Positions 11,937-22,597 of a DNA stretch of 64,000 nt are shown piece after piece; the stretch's first letter is position 1; every line of letters starts with the position of its first letter. Position numbers and translations under genes: made by a program. The DNA lies in assembly GCF_963921235.1 (NCBI RefSeq), contig NC_086097.1, forward strand, positions 87,298,001 to 87,362,000. The letters are read 5' to 3'. The DNA is from Mobula hypostoma. Taxonomy: Eukaryota. The notes below the pieces were generated by a model. It saw nothing but the letters and a program-made list of their open reading frames with translations, had not been told where the DNA came from and did not search any database.

Positions 11937-13880
11937 GTACCTCTTCCTAGAGATGCTGCCTGGCCTGCTGCGTTCACCAGCAACTTTGATGTGCATTGCT
12001 TGAATTTCCAGCATCTGCAGAATTCCTGCTGTCTGCAAATTAACCTTTAGGGAATGCTGCACAAGCACTCCCAAGTCCTCTGCACCTCAGTTTTTTTTGT
12101 ATTTTCTCTCCATTTAGAAAATAGTGAACCCTTTTATTTCTTCTACCAAAGTGAATGACTATACTCTTCCTGACACTGTATTCCATCTGCCATTTCTCTG
12201 CCCATTCTCCTAATCTAAGTCCTTCTGTATCCTCTCTAAGTCCTCAAAACCACCTGCCCCTCCACCTATCATCATATTAGCTACAAAATTTGCAACAAAG
12301 CCATCAATTCTATCATCCAAATCATTGACATATAATGTTAAAAGAATCGGTCCCCACACAAGAACCCTATGGAACACCACTAGTCACCGGCAGCCAATCA
12401 GAAAAGGCTTCTTTTACTCCCACAATTGCCTGCTGCCAATCAGCCACTGCTCTATCCATGCTAGAATCTCTCCTGTAATACTATGGCCTTGTAACTTGTT
12501 AAGCAGCCTCACGTGTGGCACCTTGTCAAAGGCCTTCTGAAAATCCAAGTACACAACATCAACGAATTCTCCTTTGTCTATCCTGCTTGTTATTTCTTCA
12601 AATATTTCCAACAGATTTGGACTAATGAAGGGTTCCCAAGTGAAAGACAGAGAAAGATAACAAAGAGACATGTTAAAGCTGTACAGCACAGCCCAGAGTC
12701 AAAAGCAGAAATGCTGGAAATGCCGAGCAAATCAGACAATGTCTGAGGAAAGAACTAAGCTGAGTTTGTATTACAGATTAGTAACCTTGCAACACTTCTG
12801 GCTGGTTCTGATATGAATGGAAAAACTGGAAGATGCCCAACTTTAATGATCTCTTGCAGGCTGATGTCTGCATCATTGAGGCTTTAAATGTGCTTTGTCA
12901 GCTCCTGTGGGTAGGCCACATTATTTTCATGACTCACACCAGACTTCTGAAACAGATATTCTGCCCTGAGTTCCATTATGCAAGCGATTATCAGATGGAC
13001 AGAAAAGGCAATTCAAGAATTTTCCTACGAAATTCAAGAATGTGCCCTATTGCCTTATTGAACACTCTTGCACTAACTAGTCGAGATGACAGCAATTTAT
13101 CCTTATCTCTATGGGACTGTCTGAGAAGTAGGAGAAGAATATGGCTGATGATGCAATTGCATACTCACACCACAGTGCATGCTGGGAGATTGTGTTCACA
13201 GCACATTAGTGGATTGAAATTTACAGACAGCATAGATCCAGTTTCCTACTGTGTGCACCCAAAGGGCAAGGCTCAGGGCCAACAACATGCATCGGAGATA
13301 TTTGTTCTGATCTTCAATGCGCAGAGAAAATAAGCAAATTTGAGACAGGCACATTAATGAGGAGTCTGGCAACTATCTATCAACTGACTTCTCTGTTTAC
13401 CATACGAATATAATGTGTTGTCTTGGGAACTATTAATACAAAGATTAAACTGTCAAAATCATAAGTTATACTGATGTGATACTATAATCTCATGCCAACA
13501 AGCATTACTGCTCTATATTAACCTAACTCTGTAACTTTTGTGGACATGCTTGAACCACTTAGCATTTCTTGTGATTTTTTTCAGCGGTTTTCCCCCTTCT
13601 GCTGAACCTGAATCCATCAATAAGATGATCTTGAAATTAATTTGAGAAATGAATACATTCTCCCATAGGTAAGCCCTGCTACTGATTCTCTTGTTTCTCT
13701 GCTGTTGGATCAACTTTTCCTGCTATTTCTCTCTAACAAATGCATTCCAGCTGTGCATATTGCTCACATTCCTATGACTGGAAAACTTTGAATTGAATTG
13801 AAGAATTAAATATGTGTATTATTGCAGGTGACACTTCAGGAGATAATGCTGAGGCTATAAAGTGATCCACGAATGATGCA

Positions 13881-13962
13881 ACACACATACAAAATGCTGG
13901 AGGAACTTTTTTGTGTTGCTCAGATTTCCAGCATCTGCAGATTTTCTCTTGTTTGTGATTTG
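13881..13962. mobile_element. Tiny Penelope-end insertion with inversion
   Basis: Inverted acacatacaaaatgctggaggaact followed by direct tail; TSD tccac(g/t)aatgatgca at 13866-13880 and 13963-13977. Confidence 0.75.
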
Positions 13963-16339
13963 TCCACTAATGATGCAGTCCATTTGTAATAACTATCTGG
14001 AATTGTTTGGTTTATTTTAGAAAAAAAACTGCTGTTTTATAATTATCAACATTTCAAAAAAGTCTATGCTGCACCTGAAATTGTTTCTGCTAAATTTTCA
14101 GTATACAAGGTAAATAGTGTTTATTAACACTGAATTATCTTCATGTCCATTGATCATCTCTGTAGCAATAATAATACTACATGATGTTTAAAATAATATT
14201 TATTGGCTCTAATGGTATAATCTATGTTAAGTGATGATAGAATCTTTTAGCAGAGATGAAAGAGGAAGAAAGAGTTAATGAGAAAAAAATGGAGGAAGAG
14301 CCAAAATAATTTTCCCTGTTTCAAAAATGCATTCTTATTACAGTAAGGTAGTATCAAGAATAGCAGAGGCCTAATTTAGTCCATTTTCTTGCATAAGTTG
14401 GTTGTTTTCCTTTTAATATGCTACCTTCATAGCTTTTGTGGTTGCAACTTGGACCAGGGTCTGGACACAACTGTTCCTGGCAGTGCATAAGTTCCTTAGT
14501 GTTCAGCTGCAGGAGTTAAGTCTTGGCCTTCCTTACTACTGGCTTTCAGTGTAAGAGGATCAAGGTGTCGAACTCCACTCTCCATATGAAAGTTTCTATC
14601 TTCCTGGTTTTGCATCAAGAGAAGTACAACTCCAGCTGACCTGGATTACCAACCCATGGGTGTGAGGACCAACTTTTCAATATGGTCATGGACGCACTGA
14701 TCTAATCTTCCTGGGAGTGTTGGCATGTAGTCAGAAAGCCCTCTGTCCATAAGTAGTTTTTCACTTCTTCATTAGAGTTACCTGCCCCTCAAACAGGCGA
14801 GGAGAACTAATTATGAACTATTATAGGTCTTGTGTCTTCCTTTTCCTAATCTGAAGCATTACATATATAGAATATAGAAAACAAAACTCATAGTTGTAGA
14901 AAGGCAAACTGGCCCGTCAGTTCGAGACATCCCCATCCCACCACACCTCCACCTACAGCCCAGCATTCATTTTCCACATAATCTAATGGAAGAGGAAATA
15001 AAGCAGCCAGCCAGCAACATTCCATAACCTGTCAGTCTCTGGGAAACGAGCAGCCTGTCATCTAAGAATTCTATACTCTTGAGCTTAACTCATTTCCCAA
15101 TAATTTCCATGACAGTCATAAAAAAAAGATTAAGAACCTGAAACCACAGCAATGCTTTTATTACATGGCATTTGTGACTCCCTGAAGATAAGCAATGAAG
15201 ATTTCAAGTGGCTCATATCAGTGTTTTAGAAAAGCATCAGATCCCAATGGATCCTTGTATAATTCTTCTCAGATAACATGTAAACACCAGCCAATTTCAC
15301 ATGGGCCCTTTCCTATCAGGATCACGGAGAAGTAAGCAGGAAGGTGGTTGATTCTAACATCAAAGAATAAACAATGTACTCCTATGTTGTTGTCCGCAGA
15401 TGATTGGCCGTCACTTGCCAGTGCAGGTCAGGCACCAGGGCTGAAAATTGTAATAAATATAGTACTATAAATGCACAACAGGCAGCATCTGAAGTGAGCG
15501 AAGGTTGACATTTCAGGTTGGTGACATGAAATAATGATATTTGATAGCTTAAGGAGTGCTGTCCACAGTTTCTTTAATGTAAGGAGAAACGTAAGCTACC
15601 ACAGAATTGATGGCAGCCCACAGAACGTGAATAAAATGCATTATTCCATGCAAATTTCATTTGTTACGGTAGCTGTAATGCCATAATCTTTGCTTGAGCT
15701 CTTGGGCCAGATGCATCCAGACCAATAGCTATTGCAGTCTTAAATTAATCTAAGATTCTGTGACTTGGGAGATTACTCACCAGATCAGTTCCTAAGAATT
15801 TCAGGACTTCTTAATGATGCAGAGATCAGATGCATGCCATGTGAGAATTCATTAACTGCATCTTGCTGTCCACAGCACTGTGCCCTGGGAGCACGGAAGA
15901 CCTTGCTGTCGACTGAAGTTGTTGGGCAATGCCACCATGGTCCAGCAGGGGCTGCAATCATACAACTTAAATCGAGCACCACATATACTGGAAACACAGA
16001 GCAGAGAAGTCAGCATCTGTTGAGAAAACAGTTTTATGTTCCAATAAAGCCATTCACAGAACTGTGAGAAATTACAGAGGAGAACAATCAGCAAGGAACA
16101 TAACAATGTAAAGATGGAGATATACACACAGAAACATGTACAATGACCTAGTAAAGGCAAAATGAGAGATAAGAGATGATGACATGTCTAAATTGGAAAT
16201 AATATAATAAAGCATCTATAGATATAGAATGATTATACAGTATAAGTTGGGGATTGAATCAATTTCAATGGAGTATCTGACTGGCACATGCATTGCTAAC
16301 ACTCATTGGAAGCTTTCAAAGTAGACACTTTGGGACTAC

Positions 16340-16763
16340 CTTCTCCGTGGATTGTCACCATGTCGTGATGGAGAAGCTTGTGTGGTCCTGTGATCCCGAG
16401 AGCAATGCCGTCTGGAGCTTTGCTCCTGGGAGGGTCACCCATGACGGTAAGGTCAAGGGTGAGGTCCCTGACAAAGAACAATCCAACCAAGACCTCAACG
16501 GTGGAACAGGCGGGCGAAGTTCCTTTGAATTTAATGGCTGTGAAGGCGGATGAAGGCTGCAACAAATCCATCAGCTCCAATCGTCGTGGTTTCCATGCCA
16601 TTGGAATCAGTTGGTTGATTTGTGAAGTATCGTGTGCTTCTTGGAGTGCAACATCAAGCACACATTAAACAAGCACATGCACAGGCGTCTTCGCTCTGTG
16701 GGCCACTTCTTCAGAACGAAGACCATCATCCTCGACCTCGAAGGATAGCCACGACGACGATGA
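16340..16763 (+). mobile_element. Non-autonomous RTE-clade element (RTE/Expander-like 5'UTR joined to 3' end)
   Basis: tgtcaccatgtcgtgatggag...agggtcacccatgacgg...ctgacaaag resembles RTE (Rex3/BovB) 5'UTRs; (acg)n/atg tail; TSD ttgggactac at 16330-16339 and 16764-16773. Confidence 0.75.
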
Positions 16764-17264
16764 TTGGGACTACAACAAAGAGCCCTGACTCCATGCTTCG
16801 GGAACACTGAAAAGTCCTACCCATCTCTTCAGGCACCTGCTGACCCATGTGTATTGAAATCTGTGAGATCTTATCTGTCATATCACAACACATAAAACTG
16901 GGATAAAGCTTATCATTCTTGATTTCAAGGGACAGCCTAAGATGCAAGAAGTAGGTATCCACCAAAGGAATTCAGAAAGCAATTCACTTATTTGACCTTC
17001 ACGAAGAAATGCTGTGTGAAATGTTTGTTCTCCAATTAACATGTCCTCTCTGAAATGTTCTAACCACAATAGCAGCCTTCAGCTTCCGTACGAATACTTT
17101 CACATGCAGATTCCAACACTTGGCCAGCCTCTATTCACTCTGTGTATCTCAGCTGGTGGCTTATGTTAAACCAAGCTGTGATACGTATTCATAATCACTT
17201 TCCTTTCTTATCCGACAATTGCACGGTCAGGTTTCTGTTCTTATGGTAAATAGAATAGAGCTTT

Positions 17265-17480
17265 CACAAAATGCTGGTGGAACACAGTAGGCCAGGCAGC
17301 ATCTATAGGAAGAGGTACAGTCGAGGTTTTGGGCCGAGACCCTTCGTCAGGACTAACTGAAAGAAGAGATAGTAAGAGATTTGAAAGTGGAAGGGGAAGG
17401 TGGAAATCCATCTGTGTTCCACCAGCATTTTGTATGCGTTGCTTGAATTTCCGGCAACTGCAGATTTCCTCGTGTTTGCG
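17265..17480. mobile_element. Penelope-derived inverted mini-insertion with degenerate hammerhead (17319-17354, -)
   Basis: Inverted pLTR then direct end and tail; TSD tagaataga(g/a)cttt at 17251-17264 and 17481-17494. Confidence 0.85.
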
Positions 17481-17544
17481 TAGAATAGAACTTTATTCTT
17501 AAAATAGAATCAAACTTTAAAATAGAACAGAACTTTAACTTAAA

Positions 17545-18178
17545 AGGTGGGAGGAGAAGATGGCAGTGTGACGCTGCGCGCGCAGATCTCCGGTGAAATG
17601 ATATTGTATCTGTTATATAGGAGAGGTGAACAATTCTGATTTGATGGAGATAGACGTGAGAAGCACAGAGGAACATCTGGAGAAATTTCTGAAATGCCCG
17701 GTTCGCTGACGCTGCTACTGTACGATCGAGAATCTCCGGAGGGAAGGCCCCAAAATCCTCGGCTTTGCCTGCTGTTGGCTACCAAGGCTGGGGTCGAAGC
17801 GTTCGGCAGAGATGCTGCTCGGTACTCGGTGTCAGAGGGCTGATCGGAGCTCGAAGTTTTTCAGATGACTCAGAGTCGGACTGTGGTCGGGCATGGCAGG
17901 GAGAGTTTTCTTCCTTCTCCCGTCTGCGTGAGATGTGGAACTTTCGAGAGACTTTGAACTTTTTTGCTGTGCCATGGACTGCTCTTCATCAAGTTATGGT
18001 ATTGTTGCACTGTTGTAACTATATGTTATAATTATGTGGTTTTTGTTAGTTTTTCAGTCTTGGTCTGTCCTGTGTTTCTGTGATATCACATCGCAGGAGT
18101 ATTGTATCATTTCTTAATGCATGCATTACTAAATGACAATAAAAGCGGATTGCGTATCCTCATAATCTAATCTAATCT
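17545..18178 (+). mobile_element. Non-autonomous Rex1-type SINE-like element, copy 1
   Basis: 5' ggaggagaagatggc, 3' aaatgacaataaaag...(taatc)n; second copy inverted at 39330-39970. Confidence 0.75.
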
Positions 18179-18341
18179 ATTGTCATTGCTCAAGACAACG
18201 AGATTGTGGTGTTACTCTAGTCCATGCAAAACTGATATTTACAATGCACGTGCTAGTTTAAGAGGAAAACTACACATAGTCAAGATTATAGTGAGGACAA
18301 CAGCAGGAGCATACTTGCATCATCAGTTCCTTAAGATTGTT

Positions 18342-18918
18342 ATAGCCAGGGTGGTAATGGGGGCAAGCTCCCATTAAATGTTCCCAATGGCATGTGCCTC
18401 AAATAGCCTCTAACAACCAAGTCCAGCTCATGGTCTTCACGCGTGGCTTAGCTACTAAACCCAGCGGAATTGTTTTTACTGACAGGAGAAGGGGCAAAGG
18501 CAGGCTACAGGCACCTTCAAACCAGTTGCTTCAGGCAGATGGGCTCATCAACTGTGGTTGGCAGCTCATCTAGGAGAAGCAAAACTCTGATCTCAAACCT
18601 CCGCTGCCTTGTGACTATACCCACTCATGGCTATAGAAGGCTTCTGGAGTAAACTCCAAGGCAAAAGTCAGCTGGAGTCCCTAAAGCAGTCCTACACTGA
18701 GTTCAATGCCGACTGGCAACTCCTCCGATGTTGCTGGTACCAAAATGTATCGGTCTCTGCCATTCCTTTGGGTTCATCAGATGCATGGAGAGGGAGAGCT
18801 TGCTATATGGGCAACAGCTTGCTCTCCATATCGTACTGCCTAGGCTTGAGTATCTAGACAGCTAGGACACAGTATCCATAGTCAACTCTGACCGACAGAG
18901 GCCCTCACCTCAACTCAC
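18342..18918 (+). mobile_element. Non-coding retroelement derivative with RTE-like 5'UTR motif
   Basis: ggttggcagctcatctaggagaagcaaaactctgatctcaaacc resembles RTE-group 5'UTRs; short ctcac-type tail; no ORF. Confidence 0.5.
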
Positions 18919-19220
18919 TTGCATCATCAACAACAACTGTGGATTAAGAAGGAAACAGGATTAGAGAAGAAGGATGACCAAAAGAGATATGACCATTCTC
19001 CATTCATGTGGCTTTGTTACTGGCTGTGGACTCTGAATAGGTGGCACTTGAACAATGTGAGAGAGGCAGGAATCGGTACAGCAGTGTGTTTAGATGAGCA
19101 GTAAGCACTGTGAGCAATCTATGAATTGTGAGTACGAGACTTACAGCAGAGCCAGGGAGAAAATATGTGGTGGAACCCATGAAGGTTAAGATTGATTGGA
19201 AATAATTCAGAATATTTTGT

Positions 19221-19480
19221 AAACAGACACGTGGACATCAATCCTATTTGTGAGCCAATGCAGGCAAAATTCCAGACCACAAAGTTCGACACACAACGAA
19301 TCAGCGATGAGTCTTCCTCCCTACATCACGATTGAGTTTCTATAATGACGGCCAATCAACTGATTGATAGGTATATAAAGGCCAACCATTCAGAGGACAC
19401 CACAGTTAACAGCACACTGATGATGTCCACTCATTTGCAAGTAAATTGCCAAGATTGGAAAACAACTCAAACAACCATTA
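19221..19480 (+). mobile_element. Second Penelope-like family: ORF end plus pLTR remnant
   Basis: VNRHVDINPICEPM resembles PLE GIY-YIG C-termini; followed by ccaatc, tatataaa and cactgatgatgtc (hammerhead remnant lacking GAAA). Confidence 0.55.
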
Positions 19481-19670
19481 AGACCTGATTGCTTGAAATT
19501 ATGGATTGATGAAGCGGTATTCTGAGGCTAATAGCACAATTAGTGGGATTTTGGTTTTGACCACTAATAAAATCACTGTACTTATTGCAGCACTGCATCC
19601 AGGTTTTCAAGGCTTAAATTCCACAGCTGCTTCTAACTACAGCCTTCTTGGATGGCCTCTGGGAGTCTTA

Positions 19671-21260
19671 GGCTACATCCACACTGAACCAGATAAATCC
19701 GTAACCGAAGCTTTTTCTCTTCGTTTTGACTCTACGTCCACACTGAAACTGCGTTTTCCTCCCCCGTAAACGGAGCTTTTCAAAAACGCTCTCCAGAGTG
19801 AATAAATCTGAAAACGCCTAGTGGCCAGTGTACCGTGTACGGGGTAACTGGCTCTTTTTAAAACCGCTGTCATGACGTGCCGGAACAGATGGTGGTGCAG
19901 CGCGGCATTTCATTGTTTTCTTGAACGCAGCCTCCAACATCACAACAACAATGGCGGACAGCTTCATGCATGTGTAGTTTACTTTATTGTCTATGTTAAT
20001 TTCATCCTCCCACACAACCCAACAATTTCAGGACAGACGGCAACGAGACTGAAGCCAGAAGAGTTAGAAATGTACTCACCAAATACTTTGACCCATAGCT
20101 TACTGAATACTGAATAAATAAGTATACTCACTTTGCCCTGTTTTCTGTCCTTGCTTGTATGAAGGTGGTTCACCTATTTATGCAAGTACTTCTCTGACAG
20201 TAGATGTGTAACAGCCTAATGTAACATTGTATGGAAATACAAGATAACACTGATGCAGACATGTTTTATACATTTAACAAGGTGTTTTATTAATATATTG
20301 CTAGTGTAAACATTCAATAGATGCAATTGTCACTACTTCCAAAATGTCATTTTTAAGTGGTAGCTTATGTTTGGCCTAGACATGAAAATGTTAAGGCCAA
20401 AAAAGGAAAATTGTAAGTTTCACTTTTACTCAGGTAAAAATAAAATCACTTTTGCCCAGTAACTTGTTTTATTGCACAAGTTAAATACAGCAAAATAATA
20501 CAGAAAGACATGGCAAAAGTAAAGGCAATCAAATGAGGTAACAGCATATTTCACTTTTGCCCAGTAACAAGCCTTATTACATTTAGTTGTAGCTGTCGTC
20601 CCTTTCATCAGTGAAGAGACTATGACTGTAGGAAATGTTTCCAGGGTGACCCCTCTGTGGGTGTGGGGAAGATGTTGGTGGGGCCACCCAGGGGTCTGTG
20701 TGTCCGTACGTGTAGCTGTTGTAGCGGCTGTGAGGCTGGTATTGTGGCAGTGAAAAGTACTGAGGGAGTGCCATCATATTCCTCATCATTGCAAATCCCT
20801 CTGCAACGGAGTAAGTCAGTTTTTCAATGTTCGTCATCATCCGGGTCATACTATCCGTGAACTCCCTGTCGGTTGCCTCCATACGCTCCAGTATTTGTTT
20901 TTTCAGTTTTAAGTCCTCCTGTGTGAGAGCCAAAAGCTGTCCGTTGTTTGACAATTTCCTTTTAAATTTTTCTAGTCTGTAACTGGACAAACACGCACCA
21001 AGTCTTTCACGGTGAGATTCGACACCAAACATGTCGCAGCCATCACCTGTTGCTTGGTCCAAACTGTCAGAGTCGGGCGTACTCGTCGAAGCAGGTGAAT
21101 TCTGTAGATGTGCCCTGCGCATGCCCAGTAGGAGGAGATTCGCCCAAATACACGTTTTAATGAGGATGGAGGTATTTTCAAAATCACCTGGTGTGGAAGC
21201 CTGTCGTTTTTACACGAAACCGGCATTTTCAATATTATCCGGTCTAGTGTGGACGTGGTG
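19671..21260. mobile_element. PIF/Harbinger non-autonomous DNA transposon
   Basis: TIRs ggctacatccacact / agtgtggacgtggtg; TTA TSD at 19668-19670 and 21261-21263; gaaaacg subterminal motifs. Confidence 0.85.
20583..21030 (-). pseudogene. C-terminal coiled-coil part of Harbinger Myb/SANT-like accessory protein
   Basis: Open frame RERLGACLSSYRLEKFKRKL...QEDLKLKKQILERME...IEKLTYSVAEGFAMM inside the TIRs; N-terminus absent. Confidence 0.65.
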
Positions 21261-21524
21261 TTAGAGTGCATTCTGCTTTTCACAGACGTATGTTTGCTTT
21301 CAAGTAACACAAGTTGCCTTTAAGTGCTTCTTAACTCACACAAAAGTTACACCTTGCTGAAGTGGCAAGGCAATGAGTCAGTTCACCAGCAATCATGCAA
21401 AATCAGAATGCTTCCTGCAGATGAAGCAATGAGTTGGTTGTAAAAGAAAATAGCAACTATTGTGCCTGCTTTGGAGGCTATCCAATTTATCCAGGAACAT
21501 TAAAGTGAAATGCTGGTGCCTCCC

Positions 21525-22505
21525 TAGGGCTGCGAGAACAACCCACTGCTGTTCATGTTGCTGATGCATGGTGGTACTGCTGGATCCAGTTCAAACCAAA
21601 TCATCAAGTTCACTGATGATACAACAGTTGCTGGCCTCATCAACAACAATGACGAGACAGCCTACAGAGAGGAGACAGAGCAGCTGGCAGGATGTTGCGA
21701 GCATAGCAACTTGAGTCTCAACGTGGACAAGACTAAAGAGATGATCATGGACTTTAGGAAGGTACAGTCTGACCACTCCTCACTGCACATAAATAGCTCC
21801 TCCGTGGAGAGAGACAGGAGCACCAAGTTTCTGGGAGTGCACATAAAAGGCGATCTCACCTGGTCCCTCAACACCACTTCTTGGGTCAAAGAGGCACAAC
21901 AGCGTCTCCATTCCAGAGGAGACTGAGGCAAACAAAGCAGCCCCTTCCTCATTCTAATCGATTTTTACCGGAGCACCATCAGCATCCTGACCAGCTTCAT
22001 CACCACCTGGTATGGGAATTGCAAGGCACCTGATCCCAAGACCCTACAAAGGATTGCAAGGATTTCTGAGAGGATCATTGGGGTCTCTCTTCCACCCATC
22101 AGAGATATTTATCAAGAGCATTGCATACACAAGGCCCTTAGCATTGTCAATGATCCCTCCCATCCATCGAACAATCTCTTTGACTACTAACCATCAGATA
22201 GGAGATACTGTAGCATTAGTACAAGAGCCATAGTGTGAGAAACAGCTTCTTCCCCTAGGCCATAAGACTACTGAACTCCCTGCCACCACCCAGTTCTCAT
22301 TATGTATGAAATGCCGGTAGCATTACATTGTTTACTTTTTAACTTGCGTCACAAATGAACTTTATTATTTGTTGTTGTATTACTTTATGCGGTGTGTGCG
22401 TGAGTTATATGTACTGTATTATGCAACTTGGTCCGAAGGAGCATTGTTCCATTTGGCGGTACTCCTGTGTATCGTTGAATGACAATAAACTGCACTTGAA
22501 CTTGA
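21525..22505 (+). mobile_element. Rex1/Babar LINE 3' portion
   Basis: IIKFTDDTTVAGLI...LNVDKTKEMIMDFRK; (acttga)n tail. Confidence 0.88.
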
Positions 22506-22597
22506 GATGCTGGGAATTTAACATGATAGCTGAAAGTTGTGGTAATAATTAATGAATGCACAGCATCTTTTGTAAAGAAAAGCAAAATTAATTTTTT

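Larger units (their letters stand above)
11791..12032. mobile_element. Penelope-derived foldback mini-insertion (inverted pLTR plus direct pLTR and tail)
   Basis: About 95-bp inverted arms (about 11792-11888 and 11902-11998); TSD ctgcaaattaacct at 11777-11790 and 12033-12046. Confidence 0.9.
10403..12620 (-). mobile_element. CR1 LINE, 5'-truncated, with two nested insertions
   Basis: DVVYLDFQKAFDKVPH RT motif; 3' end with accataaga tail; interrupted at 11021-11755 and 11791-12032. Confidence 0.9.

Noticed and set aside
12833..13333. 166-aa ORF in non-repeat DNA
   Set aside because: No recognisable domain or convincing splice context; compatible with a chance ORF
20420..20570. Spaced direct repeats tcacttttgcccagtaac
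   Set aside because: Only 2-3 copies inside a Harbinger element; not a CRISPR array, and the context is eukaryotic
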